Of a DNA stretch of 64,000 nucleotides, positions 1 to 11,760 are shown one piece after another. Positions within the stretch are counted from its first letter, which is position 1, and the number at the start of each line of letters is the position of its first letter. The notes beneath the pieces were generated by a model. That model saw nothing but the letters and a program-made list of their open reading frames with translations. It was not told the origin of the DNA and searched no databases. Position numbers and translations under genes: made by a program. Source of the DNA: Ostrea edulis (taxonomy: Eukaryota); NCBI RefSeq assembly GCF_947568905.1, contig NC_079165.1:83700001-83764000 (forward strand), given 5' to 3'.

Positions 1-64
1 TTTAACAGACTTACCCCCCTTTTATTTCCTGTAATAGCTACACCTCTCACCAGATTAATCACTT
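1..64. other. Empty (uninserted) TTAA target site of the 9.3-kb element
   Basis: 1-54 matches the left flank of the element (about 12565-12625: CCCCCTTTTATTTCCTGTAATAGCTACA.CTCTCA..CAGA). It is followed by a single TTAA (55-58) and then directly by the right-flank sequence TCACTTGTATT seen at 21884. Confidence 0.85.
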
Positions 65-143
65 GTATTCGTTCAGAAGATGACATTGTTTAATGATTGA
101 CCAATGCAGTTTTTTTTTGTATTTAGATGCATTGTTTGTTGAA

Positions 144-600
144 AGGTGAAGATAACAAACAGTGATCAATTTCATAACTCCTATAAGCAATACAAAATAG
201 ATAGTCGGGCAAACACGGACCCCTGGACACACCAGAGGTAGGATAAGATGCCTAGGAGGCGTAAGCACCATCTGTTGACCGGTCACACTCACCGTGATTC
301 CTATCGTTAAAACGACCATAGAATTTGCGAAAAGCTGATTTTTTAACGAGACTGTACCATCAACTTGTTTGTCAGTAGCTTGCCTCGATTTAAAAACTGA
401 CCATACGCAGAACAAGCCCTTGTGTATCGAATCAGTTGAGAGATATAAACACCATATGCAGGTGATAATGGAATATTGCTACATATATATGGTAAGTTGA
501 CGATGGAGAAGCTAAAAGCATCCCGTTTGCATAAAGTTGAGTTGTTAGTTTGCCGTTAATATCTACTTTCAATAAGATATGTATCAATCTATCTTAGCTT
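144..600 (-). mobile_element. 5'-truncated copy of the same Penelope-like element (RT C-terminus plus 3' UTR)
   Basis: Starts GAAAGGTGAAGATAAC..., the reverse complement of the common 3' end; copies at ~21964 and ~44025. Confidence 0.75.
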
Positions 601-1095
601 TCTGCTTCGATAAATCAGCATGCACATTCGATAATTCAATACAATAGTGTCTTTCGGAAACGTACTTTATTACAAAATACAACAGTCATACAGACATGAG
701 TGATTTTTTTTCTAGTTTTCCTATATATTTGACTAAATATATCCAAATTGGATCCGACACTACTAGGTAACGTGTAATATCAGTTTGAAAAGCTACCCTA
801 TCCTTTTTAGCTGTCACAATGGATATAAGTTCTTTTACAAAGTCTTCTAAAAGAGGTGCAATATATCAATTGAAACGAATTTTTATACATTGAGGAATAC
901 ATCATCATTATATTATAATAACTGTACAAAAAGGAAAACATTTGAAAATGCCAAAATAAGAGTTTCAATCATTTGGTCAAAGTTTCGGGATGTGGATAAA
1001 TCTTCGTCGTTTCCAATTCTACAAAACAAAACGTCACAGATGATAACGACAAAACATGTTTAATAATCTATGTTTGACACTTTATCTGCGAAGCC

Positions 1096-1176
1096 ATCTT
1101 CGAAAGCCAAGTGTCCGATTCGCTTTCTCTCATCTCCCCTGAGAGTAAGCGAATCGGACACTTGGCTTGTGAAGAT
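1096..1176. other. Long near-perfect hairpin (22-bp perfect arm plus extensions)
   Basis: 1104-1125 is the exact reverse complement of 1147-1168; 1127-1132 pairs with 1140-1145; 7-nt loop. Copies at 22970-23046 and 45031-45106. Confidence 0.85.
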
Positions 1177-1579
1177 GCTATATCGCATGCACTACACATC
1201 TAACCAAATTTGAATCATTTCTTTTCATTCCTATCATTTTTGATTTACAAAAAACTATGGATGAAGATAACGTTTATAATGTAATCTCATCATACTTTTA
1301 TTTTGGACTCGGCATTCGTCTACTGATCACGATTCTCGTCCTTTGAAGTCATAGCCGCCATTTTTGTTTTGTTCGTGAAATGCTATGACTACAAATAGAC
1401 AGAGTAATTGGAATTTCATTTAAAGATGTCTCCTCCATGTATGTTCTGCAAGGCAATCTCAAATATATCGACCATTGCAAGACACTGATCGTGTATAATG
1501 AACCCAAGAGTTCGAATTGTCTTCTAGAAAACAGGAAGGATTTTCCTAGTCAGGGAATAGAATGAGCACAAAATAAAGA

Positions 1580-1850
1580 TAAAGTGATCATTCATAGGTG
1601 GGATCAGGTGCCTTGGAGGAGTAAATATCCCCTGTCGACCGGTTACACCCGCCGTCAGCCCTATATGTTTATCAGGTAAACGTAGTTATTCGTAACCAAA
1701 TCAGTGTGCCAAGAACAGCTGAACAATCGGTATGAAACACGTCCGACAGCATTTAACCCAATGATAGATTGTATTGAAACTAGATCGTTATAACGACCGT
1801 AGAATCTGCAAAATGCTGACTTTAAACGAGACTGCTGAAAATCCTGCAGC
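1580..1850 (-). mobile_element. Penelope-like 3' fragment
   Basis: Minus-strand translation LQDFQQSRLKSAFCRFYGRYNDLV followed by the shared UTR motif. Confidence 0.7.
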
Positions 1851-4800
1851 ACTTTTGGAGGAACTTTTTATTGCAGAGTATAAGTTGATTCGTAATCGAA
1901 TCATTGCACGAGAAGGAAGTGCATCCGCTGGATTACTGATATATAGGCTTATAGGAGTATGGGGAGTAGATTTATTGCAGTTATTTAAATTAAGCTAACC
2001 GAGACCATGGACGTTGGATGTTGTGATTATTGGGAATTCCACTTCAAATATCAAGTGTACTGTAGAATTTTAACCTGAACAATCGAAACATACAACTTCA
2101 TTTTTATGGAATAAGTGGGTGAATGATCAGAATGAAAAGGCGAAGAAAACGAACAGTGATCCATCTCATAACTCCTATAAAAATACAAAATTAACAGTAG
2201 GGCCATCATGGACCCTTGGATATACCAGAGGTGGAATCAGGTGCCTATGTGTAGTATACATCCTCTACCGACTGGTCACACCCACCGTGAGCCCTGTATC
2301 TTAAACAGGTAAACGGAGTAATAATTTGTCAAAATCAGTGCATATGTTTTGAAATACACATAATATTACTTTGATTTGAAGTTGTTTATGATACTAGTAG
2401 GCCAGGAATTAGTTTCAACAAAGTAAGACCATGCCGAAATAAGGTAACATAAGTTTTGAATTTCTTAATCAAAGCAACTCGGTTTTAGCGGGCAAATGAA
2501 AATAGAGTGAGCTGATGGATGTAGACGATAGGGAAAAGAAAATAACCCATAAAATATCCTTCAAAGTGACGAAATTTCTAATTTCAGAATTAAAAAAATG
2601 ATAGACACTGAATTTTCTTTCACTAAACTTACAGACTTTTTTGTGAACTGTCAGTCGACTGAATGTCACAAGTTCCTCCTGATATTAAACCATAGTTAAC
2701 ACCTATAGTCCTAAACCTAATTATCCAATGAAAAGGTGAGGATAACAGTGACCAACCTCATAATTCGTATGAAAAATACAAAATTAAGTGTAGTAGGGCA
2801 AACATGGACCAATGTGCACAAATCGGGAACATGTTCTAATGTATTGAACGTAGTGCATCGTGCTGGCTTTCTTTTCCACATAGTATTACATGAATGCATT
2901 ATGGCAGTAACGTGACACCCTATAAGAAAGCAAGAATAATTCTAAGTTTCAACCATCCGCTAAATGAAGTTAACGTCAGGGTTGCGAGTACAGGGATTTA
3001 ATTCAATGTCAAATACTGTGATTTAATTCATGATTTCTCTTTTATTTGATCATGATGTATCAATTGGAGTTATTTTAATGACTTGTAGGCAGAGAAGTGC
3101 TTTGACCAGCGAACTTTTATGAAATTATATATATTTTCTATTTTTCATGAATTTTGTAAGACTGCAGCAACAATAGGATTCTTTTTTGAAATTTCCTTCA
3201 GAACCTCTTGAAGGATTTTGATGGAAATTGATAGGGATTATGTACTAAATATTCAATATAAGCATTGTTCTTATTTAGTCCGAATACGTCAAAAGGTGGC
3301 GTCATTATTTTCAAAAGTAGGTTGCTGAATGTATTGTCATTCTGTGCTAATTATAGAAGCTGGCAATTTCAGTGGAAAGGAGTTCGGGTACATATAGGTT
3401 TGACTGCTTTAGTATAAAGTATTATCATAAGTCTATTTGTAGAATGTTTTAAATGTAGGTGTTTTAGATATGAATGGCAAATATAAAATATTGCCATGGC
3501 AACGATCAAAATTTTAAATTTTGTATTACAAGAAAATACTCTCAGGCATATTATCTATTTTGCAAAACCTTGTTTAAATACATTTGAATTAATATGAAAA
3601 TATAAAGAATCCTGAAAAACGAGTATCTTTATATGTTTTTTAAATTTCATTCGTTCTAAAAGTAAATAAATCGAGCAAACGACGCCTTTGAAAGAAATAA
3701 TATCAGAAATCAAGCTTAACATAGACGTAATTAACAAAAAAGAATCAGGCAAATTCTGACTGCTTTGAATGCTTGAAAGAGATGTTTCTCTGTCTCAGAA
3801 AAGTTCAATTTAAAGAACATTGTGCTCTTCGTCTTCAAACTGGAAACCCTAACCTCAAATAGATAACGTATGAATTTTTCACAGTTTGCGAATAACAGCT
3901 ACACATATATAGCTGCATTATATAAACAGGCTGAAATGATAAAGACGTAGACGGATTGTAATGTTATGAAAGTTGGCAAGAGCAACATCCCAGAAATAGA
4001 AAAAGATATATAGTCTTACTACAGTTCCGAACTTCGAAAATAAAAGAATTATGGATGAAGATAAGTTTTACATCACGAGTGTTGAAATACCAGACACGGA
4101 ATCCCGATTATGGAAAGTTACCGCTCCTGTCCAACACCCCCTTTTCGCAGTTAGCAAATTTATATATAATATATAGACTATCTATTTTGTATTGCTTGTA
4201 GGAGTTATGAGATTGAACACTGTTCGTTATCTTCACCTTTCACCATGATATATTGAACATGAATAATGTTTCTATACGGCAATAAAATCATTAGGATAAA
4301 TATTTATTTGTTCAATGAAGAAAAGATCATTAAAAAGAATAAAGACTTGAAATAATTTTTGCAGCCAAGATAAATAGCCATGTTTCATTAACACATAAAA
4401 ATAAACTTACGAAACAAAACTTCTCACCACGAACTAGCATCCGCCATCGATATTTCCGTTTGAACTCCTTTTTCTGAAGTAGATATGCAACCTGAAATTA
4501 ATCAAAGAAGTGAAACACCACGTAATATGTATTCGCAAATGTATTCTCCAGTGACATTTTAGTTTTCATTTCGAAAACCGATAGAAGCCAAGGACTCTGT
4601 ATAAAGTGCTTGTACTATTCTCTCATAACTAGGAATATCGGTTCTGTACGTTACCCAACGAAAAACCCATGACTTGAGAAGATGTGATTGTTTACGAAAT
4701 TATAATTCTGAGGGATAAGACACAAAATACATCAAGAATCTTGAGCACACTGGTTCCGAATTTTTGTCCAATGGCTTGAAAGAGATGTTTCTTTGTCTCA

Positions 4801-5009
4801 GAAAAGTTCAATTTGATGTACATTTCGTCTTCAAAGTCGGATGTTTCTCAATTAGATGTATACAGGGGATGATTACTCCTCCTAGGCACCTGATCCCACC
4901 TCTGGTGTGTCCAGGGGTCCGTTTTTGCCCAACTATCTATTTTGTATTGTTTGTAGGAGTTATGAGATTGATCACTGTTCGTTATCTTCACCTTTCATGA
5001 TAAAGATGA

Positions 5010-5978
5010 TGAAGTTCTTGGTTAGTAATAATTACATAGTCTTCGGTGATCAATTCTTCTAGAGGTCTGTCGGGGTACGCATGGGCGCAACTTGTGCTCC
5101 ATTATTATCTGACCAGTTTTTGTATTCTTGTGAGGTAAAATCTAATCAATAGCTTCTACATGAAAAAAATGTGCTCCTCTGGCCTTCATCTCGACATGTA
5201 AGTTACATCAAGGATGTTTTATTTATCAAAATACTCATTTTCATTCATATGTTGATTTGATATATCTCGGGAAACTGGAACTGAAAGACACTTCAGAGTC
5301 GATAATATTGACCCATATTTGGGTTTTTGATTGACCATAAATGTCAAAGTGAAACTAACAACACAACAGGGGATGCTTACTCCTCCTAGGCACCTGATCC
5401 CACCTCTAGTGTGTCCAGGGGTCCGTGTTTGCCCAACTATCTATTTTGTATTGCTTGTAGGAGTTATGAGATTGATCACTGTTCGTTATTTCACCTTGCA
5501 TTTATATCACAAACGAGATGACTCCAGCTTCTTCACCGTCATTCATGTAGTCATATTGCTTTATCACCTGAATATGGTGTTTATATCTCAAATGATTTAA
5601 TATGCAAGAGTGTGTTCTGCGTATGATCAATATTCAAATCAAGACAGACTACTGACAGATAAGCTGAGGTTACAAGAGTGTCGACAGTCTCGTTTAAAGT
5701 CAGCATTTAGTAATTTTTATGATTATCATGATGATTTTATTTTCAAATACAACATTTCGTTAAGCCGAATGCTATCTGAGGTGTTTTATACCAATCATTA
5801 GACCGTTCTTTACATGCTTACTCCGTTTGCCTGGTAAAGACATACAGCTCATGACGAGTTTGACCGGTCAATAGGGGATGATTATTCCTCCTAGGCACCT
5901 GATCCTGGCTCTGGTACGTCCAGCGCTCCTTTTTTCCTTACATGTATATTACGTTTTTATTCTTTATACTAGGATTAA
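5010..5978 (+). pseudogene. Degenerate 3' part of a non-LTR retroelement RT (Penelope-like) with its 3' UTR
   Basis: Broken frames read VFGDQF..SVGVRMGATCAPLL.DQFLY, SYIKDVLFI (RYIDD-like), YxKRDDSSF, SHIAxSPxYGVYIS and RLLTDKLRLQ..QSRLKSAF. A GxxMG motif plus a YxDD-like motif in this arrangement is Penelope-like RT; clade not determined. Copies at ~26840-27692 and ~48915-49756. Confidence 0.7.
5366..5500 (+). mobile_element. 135-bp Penelope-like 3' end present only in unit 1
   Basis: Absent at the equivalent sites 27190-27205 and 49261-49275 (AACAACACA|TTTATAT). Confidence 0.85.
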
Positions 5979-6414
5979 TCATCTTAACAAGCCCTTGACA
6001 TCAGTCGCTATATAAAAGTTGGGCCAATTAGACCATTACACAATCCACTATAAATAAAACATCCAATGAAATCATTGCATCTTGTTATGTACATGGATAC
6101 AAATGACGCGATCTCATAAGGCTGTATTGATAAACACGCGCAATTGTAATATTTACACCACTAAGAACGTTTATTGATAGTAGATCAAGTTTGGAAACCT
6201 TTCGGTTTAGGACAATATTAGCCATTACTGTAGGTATCAATACACGTGTTTTTATTTGAATCTCTCACTTCGCGTTGTTATAAATAGAACAACATTCTCA
6301 TTGGTTCCCACTATTTCGTGGAAACAATCAGAACGGACCCAAGTTTTTGATAGTCACTGATGTGAAGGGTTAGTGCGAGGTAACGAATCAATAACCCTTG
6401 ACTTGTGAAGATGA
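5979..6414. mobile_element. ~470-bp MITE with ~60-bp TIRs, copy 1 (left TIR internally deleted)
   Basis: TIR TCATCTTCACAAG.../...CTTGTGAAGATGA; flanking GGATTA duplicated; inserted into a Penelope-like 3' UTR. Confidence 0.75.
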
Positions 6415-6704
6415 GGATTACTGAGATTGATCAGTCTGTGCTATTTTGACTTGTTCATACTTGTACTTTATGATTTAAAGCTTGATGTTCTACCTAAACA
6501 TCGCATAACTGGCCTTAAACTGTTTTCCGATGTAATAATAAAAATCCGTGTATGACCGACAAGCAGTGTATTTGAAATGAATACTTACTTGTCTTCGCCG
6601 TGTCATCTGAAGGTGGAGACTGTGCAGAATACACTCTGAAATGTTGATTTAAACAATGTGTTAAAACGAAGCATTTAGTACATTCCATTTCGATACTCTG
6701 TATT

Positions 6705-7530
6705 TTTAATATGATACACAAAACGACATGATACAATTACGATGCTATGGGATTAACATACGGTACAATAGGATGAGCACATGGTACGTTATAATTAGCA
6801 CATGATACGATGGGATTAACACATGATACAATAGGAATAACACACGATACAATAGGACTGATATGATACGAAAAGATTAGCACACGGTACCATAGGATTA
6901 GCACACGATACGATGGGATTAACACACGGTACGATAGAATTAGCACATGATACGATGGGATTAACACATGATACAATAGGAATAACACGCGATACAATAG
7001 GACTAGCATATGATACGATAGAAGTAGCGCATAGTACGACAAGATTTACACACCATACGATAGGATTAGCACACAATGCGACAGAATTAACACACGATAC
7101 GATGGGATTAACACACGATACGATAGAATTAGCACATGGTACGATAAGATTAACACGATATGATAGGCTTAACACGCAATACGATAGGATTAACACACGA
7201 TACAAGAGGATTAACACACGATACGATATCATTAACATATGATACGATAGGATGTAAACACCGTACAATAGAATTAGTACACGATACAATAGGATTGCTA
7301 TGATACAAAAAGATTAGTGCACGGTACGATAGGATTAGCACAGGATATGATAGGATTAGCACAGGATATGATAGGATTAGCACAGGATATGATAGGATTA
7401 GCACACGGTATGATAGGATTAAGATGATATGACAGGATTAGCACACGGAACGATAGGAGTAGCACACGATACAATACCATTACACACGGTACGATAGGAT
7501 GATATGTACAACATACAATACGATAAGATT
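6705..7530. repeat. 21-bp minisatellite (consensus ~ACACGATACGATAGGATTAGC)
   Basis: Repeated 21-mers; produces spurious 7-aa-periodic ORFs. The array differs in length between units (~28455-29400 and ~50525-51595). Confidence 0.9.
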
Positions 7531-8129
7531 GCAAAGATTCGATAGGACCAAAAAATGCAAAAGTATAACACTGCGCCGCATACTTTTAGAGCCTCTTTAT
7601 ACACCGGGTAAAACACTCCAGAAAATAAGTGTAATATGTAAAACGTTGAGATGGTTTCATCTTTTGATGTTTGATAATGTTCATACTGAAACTGGAGTGA
7701 TTCTGGTCGCACTGTTAATAAACCTTGGGTGTTTTAGTGTCATTAACGCAAGTTGTATCATTGTTCAAATCCTGGGGTAGTGTTCTACCTTTAGGATTTT
7801 CTGTAAAGGTAAATTCGTGATTTATTTATAACAGCTGTGTAATGACGTCATACAGAAGCACATATTTGTCATGTTGTCATGATACAAAGTACTCTTATGT
7901 AAACACCTAGTATAGTTTTAAATAGTTAGTGTAGGGCAGATTCTAAAGATTGTTCAATTTACGTGCATAAATGTAGTATGGCCTACCCTAGCACACCTGC
8001 GAAGAGGGAAAATATTACTGTTCAGTGCTACTTTACTTGATTACTTTTATTCATTGTGCTTCTTTGTTATCCGACCTGTTTTTATATTCTGATGAAGCGG
8101 AATTTATTCAAAAACTTCTACGCGAGAAG

Positions 8130-8620
8130 AAAAAAATGTTTTCCTGTGGCCTTCAATTCCACATTTATACATGTATATATCGAGGATATTTCATCTATTA
8201 AGAAGAATAATTTTCGTTCATTGCTTTTAACATACCCGCGAAGAAAGAAAAAGAATTTTTGCTTCAATTAAAATAAGATACTGTGATTTTATTTTAAATT
8301 TTCTTAGTTTTACTCATCTATTTTTCACAATACATCCATGATTGTATTGTTGATTGATTGTATATTGTTTAACGTCCCTCTCGAGAATTCACTCATATGA
8401 ATACGCAACCATTGCCGGTAAATGGCTGCAAACTTTAGGCTTATGAGATATAATAGGGTTCACGGCGGTTGTGACCGGTCGACAAAGGATGCTTACTCCT
8501 CCTAGGCACCTGATCCCACCTCTGGTGTGCCCAGGGGTCCGTATTTGCCCAACTATCTATTTTGTATTGCATATGGGATTTTTTTAGATTGATCACTAGT
8601 CGCTATCTTCACCTTTCATA
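8130..8620 (+). mobile_element. Penelope-like RT remnant (VAFNSTF..YIEDISSI) and 3' UTR fragment
   Basis: ORF 8056-8271 contains the RYIDD-region remnant; UTR motif at 8455-8620. Confidence 0.6.
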
Positions 8621-10555
8621 CATAAGAATCGGTGCTCTTAGTTTATAAACTCAGCCTGGTGGTAATTGTTTATGCAAAAAGGATTTTAAAAATGAATGTT
8701 GCAAATAAACACAAAATTTATGCAAATACGCCTGATAAAGAGGAACTGTTTGGCCTGATTCTACCTGATTCTTAAGTGCGTGTGCAAAAGTCTCAACTTT
8801 CAAACAAATTTCAATATATAAAACATTACCGATTTTCACGACTCTGTTGAGATTTCATATGAGTTTCCGGGCGTTGTTTCCCCTCGGTTTTGGGGTCCTT
8901 GTTTCTCACAGAATGGGTCTTCATTCTAGAATAACTGGATTAAGAACACGAAAACAATTTTACAATATTGGATTTTTAATCAGTGATAGAAATATTGAAC
9001 TATTGTAATTTTACGTATTATCCTCTGGTGTGTCCAGGGGTCCGTGTTTGCTCAACTATCTATTTTGTATTGCTGATAGGAATTATGAGATTGATCACCT
9101 TGCATTCAAATATTCTTTTGGAAAAATTAATGAACTTTCCTTCCGGCTTGGAATCTATATTAATACCCATATTCAATGGAACAAAATCATACAAACTGGA
9201 AAGTATGCATACTTCTGAAACAGTATATTTACAAGTATACATTCCATATTTTGCAGTGGTCAGAATATTTTATACGCTAGAAGTTTATGTATAGGTTAGA
9301 TATAGGAACATAATTTCTTCCCATTTTTCAAAAGAATGGTTACTTTGGTGTATGAAACCACACGTAAAAAATCAATACATAGAGGATGTTTAAATGATCA
9401 ACACTTACCTATAGAGTATCAGCTGAATCCTATTTTGCGGAGTTTCAAGTGAAATATATATGTTCGCTGCTGCTAATTAATCATTATCTACAAATGTCAC
9501 TTCAATGACGTATTCATGCATATGCATATGCTCTTTCGCGAAGACCTTTCTGCAATCAATGAACTATAGGCCACTGCTTAGAATGTTGAGTAATAAAAGT
9601 GGAAAAAGTAGTCTCTTTAAGCTAGACTTCATGAAATTTTGAAACAATATGTATAGTAATTGATAAATCTTGTATGAAAGGTGAAGATAACGAACAGCGA
9701 TCAATCTCGTAACTCTTACAAGAAATACAAAATTAAGAGTTGGGTAAACACGGATCCCTGGGCAAACCAGAGGTGGGATCGGGGGCCTATAAGGAGTACA
9801 TCACCTGCTGACTTGTTACACCTATATCCTTGTTAATAATGAGGTGGATAAAAATGAATTGTTGTTTGTTATCTGCTTCTCATTCAAATTCATGCATTTT
9901 TGATAAGAAAGCAGAAGAGGTTCAATTATACAACGCTGTTAAAATAAACAAGAGTGTACACTGTATATTTCGTTCTCTATGATGAATGCTCGTCATTAAA
10001 TTTGCTTGTAGGAGTCGTGGTGGATTTTGACTTTGATAAGCAGGACACAATGGAACCTCGATGTTTATGTTCTAGGTGTGCCGCGTTCATGGTATGAGTG
10101 AAGTTCATCCGGAAAAACTGAAAACTGTTTACAGCACTATTAAAATGTGTACAATTCGATCACATAGCACCTGCTAACTTCCCCATTGATAGTATACAAC
10201 ATAAACATCCTGGGGAAGGTTTCTATAATAACAGTGTATATTGCTTATTCATTTGACCAATCCCCATGGATGTGCCTACACTTTTGGAGTGACCTCAATA
10301 CAACGCAACTTGGAGTTTGTGTTCGTTCCAAATCACACAAAATAAGCTCTTTGTCAATAAATGTTCCTTTGTTATCCTTATAATATATATCACAATGTGA
10401 CCGCTGTAGCGAGGGAAACATGAAATGTTCAAATTATATCATTATATAGATCGTCTATATACATCGTCCTAGGTGTGCCACATTCATGGCAAGGGTGAAG
10501 TACATCCGCATATAGTAGATAGATCATCCATGCCGTGAAGGCGTCACACCTAGGA

Positions 10556-10557
<2 letters not shown>

Positions 10558-10592
<35 letters not shown>

Positions 10593-10625
10593 CGAAGGAT
10601 ATAGAGGTGGGATATATATATATAT
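10558..10625. repeat. Two (AT)n microsatellite tracts
   Basis: Direct; copy at ~32486-32567; replaced by the N gap in unit 3. Confidence 0.9.
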
Positions 10626-10649
10626 AGGAGAAGCGAAAATAACAAAGAG

Positions 10650-10950
10650 TGATCAATCTCTTAACTCCCACAAAGAACAGACGTCTCCATATGAGTGAAA
10701 ATTCTCAATAGAAACGTTAAACAATATACAACCAACCAACTTACAAGGAATGCAAAAGGAAGAGTTGGGAAACACGGACCCCTGGATATACCAGAGATGG
10801 GATCAGGTGCCTAGGAGGAGTAAGCATCCTCTATCGACCAGTCAGACCCGCAATGGGCCTTAATACTTTATCGGGTAAACGCAGTATTCCCTAGTTAAAA
10901 TCAGTGTGTAAAGAACGGTCTAACAATTGGCATGAAACACGTCAGGTTGC
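10650..10950 (-). mobile_element. Penelope-like 3' UTR fragment
   Basis: GGACCCCTGG...GGGATCAGGTGCCTAGGAGGAGTAAGCATCC motif. Confidence 0.65.
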
Positions 10951-11299
10951 CCTACTCTTAATTTTGTATTCTTTATAGGTTATTGTTCACTATATGTTAG
11001 TAGATTGAGATATTTATGACTATATACTATAGGTGTTAATTATGTTTTGATGGCAATTATATCTGGATTTAGCACAGGTTGAAACTGTGATACAATCAAC
11101 TGAAAGTTCACTGAAGGTGTGGGGAGGTGTCTGATAGAATGGCATAATTTCTTCCCGTGTTCATCCATGGTACAGCAGAATTTACTTAACATTATTCTAA
11201 GCCAAGAAGGTTTGGAAATATCAAATTCTATCTGGTCAGTAAATAGGATGCATGGTGATTAATTGTTATGATGCTGAATCGCTATGATTAAAAGGCGCA

Positions 11300-11760
11300 G
11301 AAAACGTAGTGACCAATATCATAACTCCTATAAAGAATACAAAATAAGTGTGGGACCAACATGGAACCCAGGACATACCTGAGGTGGGATCAGGTGCCTA
11401 GAAAATGTAAGCATCCACCGTCGACCGTGCAATACTACTTTTTGAACCTCGTTTAAGAAACACGTCAGACAGCTCTAGAACCAATGACAATTTTCAATGG
11501 CAAACTAGACCGTTGCAACGACTATAGAATTCGCTAAATGTTGATTTTAAATGAAACTGTTTAAACTCCTGTACCATCAACTTCTTTGTCAGTTGGCTGC
11601 CTCGATTTAGAAACTGGTTATACTCAAAACACCCTCGTGTGTATCGAATGAGTCGAAGGACATAAAACCACATGTAGGTGATTATGGAATATTGCGACAT
11701 AAATATGGAAAGTTGATGTTAGAGAAATTTAACTCACCCCGATTGTCATATTGTTGAGTT
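11300..11760 (-). mobile_element. Penelope-like RT C-terminal/3' UTR fragment
   Basis: Minus-strand LIRYTRGCFEYNQFLNRGSQLTKKLMVQEFKQFHLKS is homologous to the other fragments. Confidence 0.7.

Noticed and set aside
4764-5600. Recurrent short ORFs containing TPPRHLIPPLVCPGVRVCPTIYF
   Set aside because: Incidental translation of the high-copy retroelement 3' UTR; starts and ends vary between copies.
6737-7534. Multiple overlapping 80-190 aa ORFs and a CRISPR-like look
   Set aside because: 21-bp minisatellite with no unique spacers, no cas genes and a eukaryotic context.
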